Positions 1-8,361 of a stretch of DNA of 64,000 bases are shown in pieces. A program made the position numbers and the translations under genes. The stretch is taken from positions 150,527 through 214,526 of IMG/VR virus record IMGVR_UViG_3300024308_000188. One strand, 5' to 3'. The notes under the pieces were generated by a model that had not been told where the DNA came from, did not search any database, and saw only the letters and a program-made list of their open reading frames with translations. Positions within the stretch are counted from its first letter, which is position 1. Each line of letters opens with the position of its first letter.

Positions 1-357
1 AAAGAAAAGTTGGTTGATCTGAAAGGTTCTGGTACTGCCAAAACTGTAAATAAAACAGTGACTGGCAAAGCAAGTAAAAAGCAAGCGGTAGCGCAGTTCG
101 TTGCTCCATCCACAGAGTTACGAAAGGTTTATCGTGAAGCAGGTTTGAGCGAAACTAAAGATTCGTTCAAGGCGAATTTAGCCAAAGCTAAAGAATTCGG
201 CGTTGCATTATCAATGTTCAACAAGTCGATATTCGTAGATGATCAGGAACTTCTGGTTTACGGTGTTTCAGTGCGTGGTGGCGTTTGCCGCTTAATCTGT
301 AAAAATGCCAAAGGCAAGGATGTTCGCGTTGAGTCAGATACTGTAATCAGTTTCTAA
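1..357 (+). CDS. Hypothetical protein, 5'-truncated (basic region plus small beta-rich C-terminal domain)
   Basis: Frame is open from base 1 (KEKLVDLKGSG...) to TAA at 355-357; codon usage like neighbouring genes. Confidence 0.75.
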   Translation, partial: KEKLVDLKGSGTAKTVNKTVTGKASKKQAVAQFVAPSTELRKVYREAGLSETKDSFKANLAKAKEFGVALSMFNKSIFVDDQELLVYGVSVRGGVCRLICKNAKGKDVRVESDTVISF

Positions 358-382
358 CAAAAAGTTTGTTTGATTAATGTGT

Positions 383-398
383 GGGGCAATCCTGCCCC
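383..398 (+). other. GC-rich hairpin GGGGCA-atcc-TGCCCC immediately before a CTGTAAATA motif
   Basis: 6-bp perfect inverted repeat in an intergenic gap; no U-tract. Confidence 0.5.
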
Positions 399-405
399 GA
401 CCGTT

Positions 406-414
406 CTGTAAATA
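406..414 (+). promoter_or_regulatory. CTGTAAATA motif, candidate phage-sigma promoter element
   Basis: Same motif recurs in intergenic gaps at 5457, 6126, 23707, 27850. Confidence 0.5.
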
Positions 415-445
415 TTTATTTGAATCCAATGTAAGGAAAGTTGAA

Positions 446-1909
446 ATGAAAGTAACTCCTAATGAAGCTTTAGTCGGTAAAAAAATTACTCTGTTAGATG
501 GTTCGCGTGACACTATCACAGAGACAACTAAAACTGGTTACAAACTGCAAGGTCGTCGTAAAGGCGTTGCCGCAAATTGTGTTGTACGTGATGGTCAAAA
601 GTTTGAAGAAATCGATCAGCCTGTTGACGGTGCAAAAGTTGGTTCTGGTTATGTGACTTTGCCAAAAGTTAAAAAAGCTCCGGCCAAAGCCGACAAAAAA
701 GCTCCAGCAAAAGCTCCGGCCAAAGCCGACAAAAAACCAGCTGGCAAAAAAGTTGCTGAAACAAAACCTGCACGTAAGTCTGCCGCCAAAGTTGTGGAAG
801 AACTGGAAGAAGTTGACGCCATTACTATCGAAAATGTTACTGAACAGTCAGGTGAAATTCGTTCAGCGGTTGAAGAAATTCTGCGCGAACATTTGCCAAA
901 ACGCTTTGACAATTTCGTTAGCGTAAACACTGGCGCACAGATCGAAGAAGAAGGTGGCGATCCGACCGTTATTCTTTGCATGTCAGATTTAACTTTTGAC
1001 ATTCCTGAAGAAGAGGAAGAGTTAGAAGAAGAACTAGAAGAACTGGAAGAAGAGGAAGAAGCTGTAGAATTTAACTTCAGCGAAGAAACTTTATCTCTGG
1101 TTGAAGAAGGTCTGTGGGAAAGTCAGGTTGCCGCGAATTCAAAAGTTGCTCAACGTGTGTTTGCCGCACTGCAACTGGACGAAGAAGAAATGGAAGAGTT
1201 TGTCATCGGTTCACGCTTAGTTGACGAAGATGGTAAAACTTACTACTTTGCTGGTATGCAACGTGATCCAGTTCGTTTGATTCTGGAAGATGAAAACGGT
1301 GAACCAAAAGATGTTGGTTCAAAAGACTTTGAAAGTTTAGACTTTGTTCCTTTCTCTGAAGAAGAGGAAACAGAAGTTGATGAACTGGAGGAAGAAGAAG
1401 TTGATGAACTGGACGAGCTGGACGAAGCCGAAGAAGAGGAAGAAGAATCTGAAGATGATTCAAATCTTTTAGAAGGCTGTGAATCTGCTGAAGAAGCCGC
1501 TGACGCACTGGCCGATTACTCTGAATCAGAAATCCGCACTTTCATCTTTGGTGCTGTTGATTTAGGTGAAGAAGGTAGCGAAGATTACGAAGCTACTGTT
1601 GATTACATCGAAGGTTTGGATAAAGAAGAACTGATCGAATACGTGGTCAGCCTGTTCTTTGAAGAAACTGACGAAGAGGAAGAGGAAGAAGAAGTTGAGG
1701 AAGGCATTACTGCCGAGGAAATCAACGAAATCCGCGACTTCGATTCTTTACTGGAAATTGCAAAACAATACAGCGATAAAGTTGGTAAAGTTTCGCAGAA
1801 CATCCGTCACTTCCGTAAAATCAAAGCGTTGAAAGCTTTACTGATTGAAAAGTTGGTTGACGCTGAAGAAACTACTGGCGAAGAGGACTTCGAGTTCGAG
1901 AGCGAGTAA
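446..1909 (+). CDS. Acidic low-complexity protein with N-terminal beta domain, PAKADKK basic patch and Glu-rich tracts
   Basis: ATG 446 follows AGGAAAG (preferred to 377); KKAPAKADKKAPAKAPAKADKK; multiple poly-E runs. Confidence 0.85.
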   Translation: MKVTPNEALVGKKITLLDGSRDTITETTKTGYKLQGRRKGVAANCVVRDGQKFEEIDQPVDGAKVGSGYVTLPKVKKAPAKADKKAPAKAPAKADKKPAGKKVAETKPARKSAAKVVEELEEVDAITIENVTEQSGEIRSAVEEILREHLPKRFDNFVSVNTGAQIEEEGGDPTVILCMSDLTFDIPEEEEELEEELEELEEEEEAVEFNFSEETLSLVEEGLWESQVAANSKVAQRVFAALQLDEEEMEEFVIGSRLVDEDGKTYYFAGMQRDPVRLILEDENGEPKDVGSKDFESLDFVPFSEEEETEVDELEEEEVDELDELDEAEEEEEESEDDSNLLEGCESAEEAADALADYSESEIRTFIFGAVDLGEEGSEDYEATVDYIEGLDKEELIEYVVSLFFEETDEEEEEEEVEEGITAEEINEIRDFDSLLEIAKQYSDKVGKVSQNIRHFRKIKALKALLIEKLVDAEETTGEEDFEFESE

Positions 1910-1964
1910 TTCTCTAGCTTAAGAGGAAGATGAAGAAGAGGAAGAATCTTTAACCAAGTAAATT

Positions 1965-1986
1965 GGCGGTAGGAATTCCTACCGCC
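1965..1986. promoter_or_regulatory. Perfect 22-bp palindrome GGCGGTAGGAATTCCTACCGCC
   Basis: 11-bp arms with no spacer, 15 nt before ATG 2002. Confidence 0.6.
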
Positions 1987-2001
1987 TAATCTGGAAAATT
2001 T

Positions 2002-3279
2002 ATGAATCAGCACACAAAGTTGATCTATTCAAGCATTTTGCATGAACAAGCGCCAAACGCTTTAACAAATTGTTTGATTACTACTGCTGTGCCTTTGTCT
2101 GGTGATCGTTGGGTAGCGCGAGGTAGCGCAAGCAGCGAACATCATTTCATGTTGCGTATATCACGTTCGCACCTTATTAATTTGTACAATCAAATTTGTC
2201 GTGGTAGTTATGTTGCTTGTGAAAAAGTTGCATTACTTTACGAATGCGGTTTAGCTTTGCCCCAAAGCAATATAAATAAAATGCTTTGGAATGAAGTCGC
2301 TGGTTATGATGCGGTTCAGTTGCCTGATTCCGTATTAACGAAAAAAGATCTAAGATCAGTTTTAAAAGAACACATGCGCTCCGCTTTAGATTGCAGTGTG
2401 ACTTATGTTCCTTCTGATCACTATTTAAAATTGATGAAGAGCATTTCTCAGTTCAAAATAGTAGATGGGCCAGCAAAATCTTGTTTAGGTAAAAGTTTTG
2501 TTCGTGTTCAAACTGACGCTTATGATATGTACTGCGTTTATAAAAAAGTTGCTGGTCAGACTAAGTTAGTTTCTGCTTTTCTGAATTACGTAGACTCCAA
2601 ACAAAAAGAAAAGTTTGTTGATTTTACGTATCAAGCTTCAAACATTGTTCCACCGAATTTACCTGACGGTGCTTTTGGTAAAAGTGAGCAGTATTATGTT
2701 GTTTACGGCAAACTTGAGCGCAACGAATACGATCCTGAAATGGATTATGCTTCGGTGATTCATGAATGGATTATTCACGATGTTGATCGTTTAGCTGAGA
2801 TATATCGTGAACGTGCGGATCGAAAAAGTCCATATATTGGATTCTTAGATAAGTATCGTGAAAAGAAAGCAAAGGCAGTGCTTTATCTTTCAGAGTTCAA
2901 TCAAATAAAACGGCCAACAAGACGCCAGATTAATTTGGCTGAAGCCGCTAAAAAGTTGATTGATGCTTTTGAAGAAAAGCGAGAAGCCAATCGTGAATTG
3001 CGTAAAAAAGCTCGTGAAGTTGCGAAAGCAAATGACCCAGTGAATTTATTTTGTTTTAAAGCATTAGATTTATTTCTTTGCTCAAATTCAAATGAGATCA
3101 CATGCACTCCACCGAGCGTTAAACACCCTCAGATTATGAGCAAACTAAAAAGTTTGGGTTTTGTTTGTTGTGATTCAAAAACAGCTCAGAGTTCCAGCCT
3201 CGAAAGCAGAAAGGGCAAAAATGGAACTCAGCCAGTTGTGAGAATTTCAAAACCTAAAATGTACTGGCAAAAAGCCTAG
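2002..3279 (+). CDS. Hypothetical protein (425 aa)
   Basis: Long ORF; no recognisable motif. Confidence 0.75.
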   Translation: MNQHTKLIYSSILHEQAPNALTNCLITTAVPLSGDRWVARGSASSEHHFMLRISRSHLINLYNQICRGSYVACEKVALLYECGLALPQSNINKMLWNEVAGYDAVQLPDSVLTKKDLRSVLKEHMRSALDCSVTYVPSDHYLKLMKSISQFKIVDGPAKSCLGKSFVRVQTDAYDMYCVYKKVAGQTKLVSAFLNYVDSKQKEKFVDFTYQASNIVPPNLPDGAFGKSEQYYVVYGKLERNEYDPEMDYASVIHEWIIHDVDRLAEIYRERADRKSPYIGFLDKYREKKAKAVLYLSEFNQIKRPTRRQINLAEAAKKLIDAFEEKREANRELRKKAREVAKANDPVNLFCFKALDLFLCSNSNEITCTPPSVKHPQIMSKLKSLGFVCCDSKTAQSSSLESRKGKNGTQPVVRISKPKMYWQKA

Positions 3280-3287
3280 AGGACATT

Positions 3288-5438
3288 ATGCTAAAACCAA
3301 AACATAAGTTGTTGCCTAAAGTTAGTGCAGCTGCCGCTGCTTCTATGCAACAATCTAAAGTAGTGCCGAACTCAGCGCCTGTTGTGGCTGAACCAAAAAC
3401 AAATGTTGGAGAAACCGCAATGTACGTTAACGAAGTTAAAATTCCTGCTCCAGAGAAAAAGCAATTCAATCCATCTGTTGATTACACTAATCCGGTGAAT
3501 CTTGAAGAGTTAAGTTTGAAAGGCCACAAAGATCTGTTGAACCATTTAGGTGGTAATGCGGAAGCTTTGTTGAAAGGTATTAAAAACGGTGCTGAATCTC
3601 GCAACAAACTTCGTGCCGAAATTGATCCGTTATTGGCCGCTTTATCTGGCGGAAATCCAGCAAACTCTACTTTTGATGAAGCTGATTTTGCCGAATTCGA
3701 TCCGATGGTCGATTACTCAGACGCTTCAAAAGTTGAACAACTTTCTGATGACGGTCTGGCCGATCTGCTTATTCACTTAGGCGGTTATGCCGATGAAGCT
3801 ACAGAAAACGCTGAAACTTCAGACGAAGCTCGTCAAATGTTGATTGCAGCAATCAACAAAATTTATGCTGAAGATTCAGATGAAAGCACAACTGTAGTTG
3901 TTGATGCTGTGCCGACTGCCAGCGATTTTGAAGCCGAAGAGTCGAGCGAATTTGATTTTGCAGAAAACGAAACTGTTTCAACAGCGCAGGTTATGCAGGA
4001 AATCACCGGAACTGAAAAAGTTGATGATTCAGATTTTGATGAACTTCTGGAACATGCTACCAACGGTGACGAAGATAAATTTCTGGAAGTTTTGGACTCT
4101 ATGGATCGCAAAGCCTTGCTTTCTCATTTTGAACAGCACATTAGCTTAACAGCTGATCAGCTTTCAGAAATTTCTGACTTAGGTACTTCAGAAATTCGTG
4201 AAGAATTACGCGGTCAGTATTCTGACGTTCTGGCCGTTGCTGAAAACAAAGCTTTGGCTGAAGTAGAAGCCGAAGATGATTCAGAAACTTCTGACGAAAC
4301 TGACGACTTTGAAACTCATGAAGAAGAAGTCGAAGAAGTTGAACGCGACGATCCTGAAAACTATGTTTCTGATGAAGATGAAGAAGATGGTGTTCAGATT
4401 GAATTCACCGAAGAACAATTGGCTGAAATGGATGCCGAAATCGAAGCAGAAATGCAAGCTGAGGCTGAAGCTGAAGCTTTGAATGCCGAAGTGATTCGTC
4501 ACTTAGAAGAAGTAGATTATTTAGGTTCAGAAGTTCCGCACTTTGAACTTACAACTTCTTCTCGCATTATTCTGGTTTTATCGGCTGGCACACAGCAAAC
4601 TCGTGAAATCGATCAGGAAGAACTGGCCGCAATTTACATTGGCGAAAATGCAATGTGTGCCAATCATCCGTTACGCCGTCGTGAAACCGATGACAAAAAC
4701 ATGGGCTGGTTTGTAGATCCAATGCAATCATTATCGCAAATGGTTGCAGAGTTTAACATGAAGCAGCGCGTTTACTGCGGCCCAACAATTGCTGTTCATC
4801 AAACCGTTTATGGTATTTGTGAGAACCTGCAAAAAGTTGCAAAAGCTTTGGTCTACGGTTTAACCGATGACAACGTATTACCAGAAGGTATCGATTTAAG
4901 CGACTTAGCTTCTATCAATGTTCAACCTTCAGTCGGTGATACTGAAAATGAAATCGTGTACAACTTTTTCGTATCTCTGAACGTCCCAATGTTGGGCCGT
5001 AGCCGTGATTCAGAAAAGTTGCGCGGAAATCTGACGGCACTAAAAAAATCTGCTCAAGCAATTGCTGATGAAGCGACAGAAGAGTCGATTGAAATCATGG
5101 TTACTTTTGCAGCCGATTTAGATCTGCTGTTAAAATCTCGTGCTGTTGTTGATCTGTTTAACAAAACAGGCTACTATAGCCGCGAACAGTTAGTTGAATA
5201 TGTTCGTGAAAAAGCAGAACAGGCCGCTGAAATGCAGGACTCTGAATTTGAATTCGATGGTGAATTGGATGAAGAGTACGAAAGCGAAGAAGTTGAAGAA
5301 ACAGAAGAAGAAATTGATTCAGAAGAAGAAACTGAGTCAGAAGTCGAAACCGACATTGTTCACACTCTGTTATCTGATTTTGATTCAATTTCTTACCTGT
5401 TGCCGTGGTCTGCAAACTCAATGATTGTCATTGAGTAA
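3288..5438 (+). CDS. Large acidic protein with an internal repeat and a globular C-terminal domain
   Basis: GAGGA SD; repeat FNPSVDY..NLEELS..LLNHLGG / FDPMVDY..VEQLS..LLIHLGG; D/E-rich linkers. Confidence 0.85.
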   Translation: MLKPKHKLLPKVSAAAAASMQQSKVVPNSAPVVAEPKTNVGETAMYVNEVKIPAPEKKQFNPSVDYTNPVNLEELSLKGHKDLLNHLGGNAEALLKGIKNGAESRNKLRAEIDPLLAALSGGNPANSTFDEADFAEFDPMVDYSDASKVEQLSDDGLADLLIHLGGYADEATENAETSDEARQMLIAAINKIYAEDSDESTTVVVDAVPTASDFEAEESSEFDFAENETVSTAQVMQEITGTEKVDDSDFDELLEHATNGDEDKFLEVLDSMDRKALLSHFEQHISLTADQLSEISDLGTSEIREELRGQYSDVLAVAENKALAEVEAEDDSETSDETDDFETHEEEVEEVERDDPENYVSDEDEEDGVQIEFTEEQLAEMDAEIEAEMQAEAEAEALNAEVIRHLEEVDYLGSEVPHFELTTSSRIILVLSAGTQQTREIDQEELAAIYIGENAMCANHPLRRRETDDKNMGWFVDPMQSLSQMVAEFNMKQRVYCGPTIAVHQTVYGICENLQKVAKALVYGLTDDNVLPEGIDLSDLASINVQPSVGDTENEIVYNFFVSLNVPMLGRSRDSEKLRGNLTALKKSAQAIADEATEESIEIMVTFAADLDLLLKSRAVVDLFNKTGYYSREQLVEYVREKAEQAAEMQDSEFEFDGELDEEYESEEVEETEEEIDSEEETESEVETDIVHTLLSDFDSISYLLPWSANSMIVIE

Positions 5439-5456
5439 GCTGCTGGTCTGCTAAAA

Positions 5457-5465
5457 CTGTAAATA
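5457..5465 (+). promoter_or_regulatory. CTGTAAATA motif followed by GGCAGGTC/GACCTGCC inverted repeat (5470-5505)
   Basis: Intergenic, upstream of ATG 5562. Confidence 0.5.
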
Positions 5466-5561
5466 CATAGGCAGGTCGGGAGGAATTTTAGAATTCTGAC
5501 CTGCCGATGATAATGTAATAACTGTCGCTTTTGACTAAAATCGCAAAGGAAATTTATAGCT

Positions 5562-6083
5562 ATGTCAAACCAAAAGAAACTGCCTTTAACCAAAGGCAAA
5601 GCCCCTGTAAAAGCTGCCGGTAAAGTACCTGCCAAAGCTCCTGCTACAAAAGTTAAGAAAGCTGGCCAGCCTTCAATGCTTGATAAGTTTGAAAGCAAAC
5701 TTTCCAAAATTTCTTTACGCAAGCACAACCCTAAAATGGAATTACGTGTTCGTATTGTTGCGAAACGCACTGCCCAACACCTGCAAGGTTATTTGCTGAA
5801 AATCGAAGGTGAATCTTTTGTTTTCTCACACACAAAACCTCGTTCTTCCAAGCAAACAGTTTCAATCTTTCCAGCGAAAGATGTAATCATGTACACTGGT
5901 GCTGTAGGTGAACGCGCTCAAATCACCGTGATGTCACAAGAAGTTGTTCGTGAAATCAAACGTGCCAATGTTGAAACTCGCGGTTCTGCCAATGTTATCA
6001 CAAATCTGGACACTGGTGACGTTACTGTTTTTAATACGTCAAATACTGACGGCTTTGAAATGCAGACCGAACTGGCCGAGTAA
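5562..6083 (+). CDS. Protein with a Lys/Ala/Pro-rich N-tail and a beta-rich, possibly Sm/Hfq-like domain
   Basis: KGKAPVKAAGKVPAKAPATKVKK tail; LRVRIV..HLQGYLLKIEGESFVF..QTVSIFPAKDVIMY resembles the Sm-fold pattern (fold call is low confidence). Confidence 0.7.
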   Translation: MSNQKKLPLTKGKAPVKAAGKVPAKAPATKVKKAGQPSMLDKFESKLSKISLRKHNPKMELRVRIVAKRTAQHLQGYLLKIEGESFVFSHTKPRSSKQTVSIFPAKDVIMYTGAVGERAQITVMSQEVVREIKRANVETRGSANVITNLDTGDVTVFNTSNTDGFEMQTELAE

Positions 6084-6125
6084 TTCTTTTCAAGTATTCC
6101 CTTAGTTTAGTCTGCTTTGGGAATA

Positions 6126-6133
6126 CTGTAAAT
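6126..6133 (+). promoter_or_regulatory. CTGTAAAT motif overlapping the right arm of AGTATTCCC/GGGAATACT inverted repeat (6093-6127)
   Basis: Intergenic, upstream of ATG 6196. Confidence 0.45.
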
Positions 6134-6195
6134 TCTTTAGTATACCTAAATGGTATAAACAATTTTTTATAACAGTAGAACATTGGGAAAATATC

Positions 6196-6921
6196 ATGTC
6201 AAAGAAAAAGACCGCCGGAAAAACAGTTGCTTCTGCGTTACTGGAATTGCTGACAGTTTGTGTTGAAGAAGGTGTTATCGAAGCTGATGACGTTGTTGCC
6301 GCTGTAGGCGCTCCTGCCGGTAAATCCTCCAAAGGCAAAAAATCCAAAAAGGATGAAGAAGTCGAAGAGGAAGAAGAGGAAGAAGAGTCTGATGAACCAG
6401 ACTTTGAAGAAATGAATCTGAAGCAGCTGAAAAAGTTTGCTAAAGACAACGAAATCGAGATCCCTAAAAAGATCAAAGATGAAGATGACCTGCGCGAGTT
6501 TTTAGCTGAGCAGTATTCCGAAGAGGAAGAGGAAGAAGAGGAAGAAGAGGAAGAAGAATCTGATTCTCCTGACTTCGAGGACATGGATCACAAAGCACTG
6601 AAAAAGTTTGTGAAAGAAAATGATCTGGAAGTTCCTGCCAAAGTTCTGAAAGACGAAGATGACCTGCGCGAGTGGTTGGAAGAAAACTATTCCTCTGACG
6701 AAGAAGAGGAAGAAGAGGAAGAAGAGTCTGAAGAACCAGACTTTGAAGAAATGGATTTAAAAGAAATGAAGGCTTTCGCAAAAGAAAACGATCTTGAGCC
6801 GCCTAAGAAGGCGCTGAAGAACGAAGATACTCTGCGTGAGTGGCTGGAAGAAAACTATTCCTCTGACGAAGAAGAGGAAGAGGAAGAAGAGGAAGAAGAG
6901 GAAGAGTGGGAAGAAGATTAA
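6196..6921 (+). CDS. Extremely acidic protein: three helix-extension-helix (Rho-N/SAP-like) modules separated by poly-Glu runs
   Basis: Three copies of PDFE(E/D)MxxKxxKxFxKxNxxExPxKxxKxEDxLRExLxE; runs of up to 13 Glu; near-identical DNA blocks at ~6669 and ~6838. Confidence 0.85.
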   Translation: MSKKKTAGKTVASALLELLTVCVEEGVIEADDVVAAVGAPAGKSSKGKKSKKDEEVEEEEEEEESDEPDFEEMNLKQLKKFAKDNEIEIPKKIKDEDDLREFLAEQYSEEEEEEEEEEEEESDSPDFEDMDHKALKKFVKENDLEVPAKVLKDEDDLREWLEENYSSDEEEEEEEEESEEPDFEEMDLKEMKAFAKENDLEPPKKALKNEDTLREWLEENYSSDEEEEEEEEEEEEEWEED

Positions 6922-6954
6922 TCCCTGACCTCTAACTAACCTTCTTTAAAATTT

Positions 6955-6979
6955 AAAGCGATGTGTATTGCATCGCTTT
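6955..6979 (+). terminator. Probable intrinsic terminator
   Basis: AAAGCGATG/CATCGCTTT stem followed by a pyrimidine run. Confidence 0.5.
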
Positions 6980-7009
6980 CCTTTAATTCGCAATAAGAGA
7001 AATTGAAAA

Positions 7010-7477
7010 ATGAGTAAACAAGCTATTTCCGCACTGAACAAAAGTGCAACTGCTTCTACAAAGCAAGCCGCTGCTTTACGCAAACAAGCAGAAGCTTTAG
7101 TTAAAGCCGCTGAACAAGCAGAAGCAGTTGCTGCCGCTACAAAACAGCAAGCCGAAGCTTTAGCAGGTAATCCAGCTCCTGCCGCAAAAGCTCCTGCCAA
7201 AGCTGACAAAAAAGCTCCGGTAGCCGATAAGAAAGCTCCGGCCAAAGCGGATAAGAAAGCTGACAAAAAAGCTGACAAAAAAGCTCCGGCCAAAGCGGAT
7301 AAGAAAGCTGATAAAAAGTCTGCTGACAAAAAAGCTCCGGCCAAGTCAGACAAGAAAGCTGACAAAAAGCCAGCTGATAAAAAGTCTGCTGACAAAAAAG
7401 CTCCGGCCAAGTCAGACAAGAAAGCTGACAAAAAGCCTTCTACAAAAAAGAAAAATAACGACTTCGATTTTGAATAA
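7010..7477 (+). CDS. Histone H1-like (Hc2/AlgP-type composition) Lys/Ala-rich protein
   Basis: N-terminal Ala-rich coiled coil, then tandem PAKADKK/ADKK repeats. Confidence 0.85.
   Translation: MSKQAISALNKSATASTKQAAALRKQAEALVKAAEQAEAVAAATKQQAEALAGNPAPAAKAPAKADKKAPVADKKAPAKADKKADKKADKKAPAKADKKADKKSADKKAPAKSDKKADKKPADKKSADKKAPAKSDKKADKKPSTKKKNNDFDFE
7306..7437 (+). repeat. 66-bp tandem duplication (22-aa unit ADKKSADKKAPAKSDKKADKKP)
   Basis: Identical copies start at 7306 and 7372. Confidence 0.85.
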
Positions 7478-7500
7478 TAAATTTTAGTCGTTATAAAACA

Positions 7501-7524
7501 AAAGCCGCTTCTTGCGGCTTTTTT
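7501..7524 (+). terminator. Rho-independent terminator
   Basis: AAAGCCGC-ttctt-GCGGCTTT followed by T run. Confidence 0.85.
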
Positions 7525-7556
7525 CGTAAAAGTTCTCTAGCGAATGGAATTGAGAA

Positions 7557-7985
7557 ATGAACACGAGTTTGGCTCATGTAACCAATAATCTGCTTCACAT
7601 AAAAGATCCTGTTGAGCTTTATGCTTACATGGTTTCTTACCGCACTTCGCTTCGCCTCAACTTACTTGAGCTAGAGCAACAAAAAACTGAACAAACAAAC
7701 TTAGTTGCAAAGGGAAATAGAATCCTTACTAAAAACAAGGACAATCTAGATCCAGAAGATATTGCAATTTGGGAAGGTTCAGTATCTTGCGCCAAAGCCT
7801 CTTTGGAAATTCTAAAAGTTAGTCTGATGGAAACCTCTATGGTTCTTGATGCTGTTAATGCAAATATTTCCTTGCTAGGGAAACATTATAATCTCAGCGA
7901 AGAAAAGATTTTATCTACTCAGATTGATAGCATTAACGAATATTTCCGAAAATGTTTGGGGATAACTTTAAATGCCGAGCATTAA
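7557..7985 (+). CDS. Hypothetical helical protein
   Basis: 142-aa ORF overlapping the next gene. Confidence 0.7.
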   Translation: MNTSLAHVTNNLLHIKDPVELYAYMVSYRTSLRLNLLELEQQKTEQTNLVAKGNRILTKNKDNLDPEDIAIWEGSVSCAKASLEILKVSLMETSMVLDAVNANISLLGKHYNLSEEKILSTQIDSINEYFRKCLGITLNAEH

Positions 7986-8349
7986 AAAGCGCTTGACTTC
8001 TTTGCAGAATCAAGGAACTTCGTGGTTTGAAAAGTTTGAGGCTAAGGTTGATGTTTTCCGGCAAGATGTTTTCCGAGCTTTTATTTTGGATGGTTATATT
8101 TTCCTGATAACAGCTACAGGTAACTCAATCACAGCACCTATTGAAATTGTCGCCACCGTTCTTGACGAAAATTTTTCTCAGATACCAGTCAAGTTGGATT
8201 CTTCTGATCTGAAATTGGTTAATGCTTATGTAAAAGTTCTTAACCTTATTTCTTCTGGAAGATTACCAGATGCTGATCCAGATCTGACTTCAAAAATAAT
8301 TCAAGTGTTGGAGTCTCGTTATTTCAATACAAATAACAATACGCCTTAA
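7972..8349 (+). CDS. Hypothetical protein
   Basis: 125-aa ORF upstream of topoisomerase B. Confidence 0.7.
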   Translation: MPSIKKRLTSLQNQGTSWFEKFEAKVDVFRQDVFRAFILDGYIFLITATGNSITAPIEIVATVLDENFSQIPVKLDSSDLKLVNAYVKVLNLISSGRLPDADPDLTSKIIQVLESRYFNTNNNTP

Positions 8350-8361
8350 GGAAAGATCCCA

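Noticed and set aside
6360-6915. GAAGAGGAA repeats as a CRISPR array or VNTR
   Set aside because: They are Glu codon runs inside a CDS; no constant repeat with unique spacers, and no cas genes.
649-7431. Many antisense and alternate-frame ORFs over the low-complexity genes (649-1002, 1203-1508, 5174-5356, 6102-6584, 6946-7431 etc.)
   Set aside because: Poly-Ser or Ala/Phe-Leu shadows of GAA/AAA/GCT repeats; no SD, no independent motifs.
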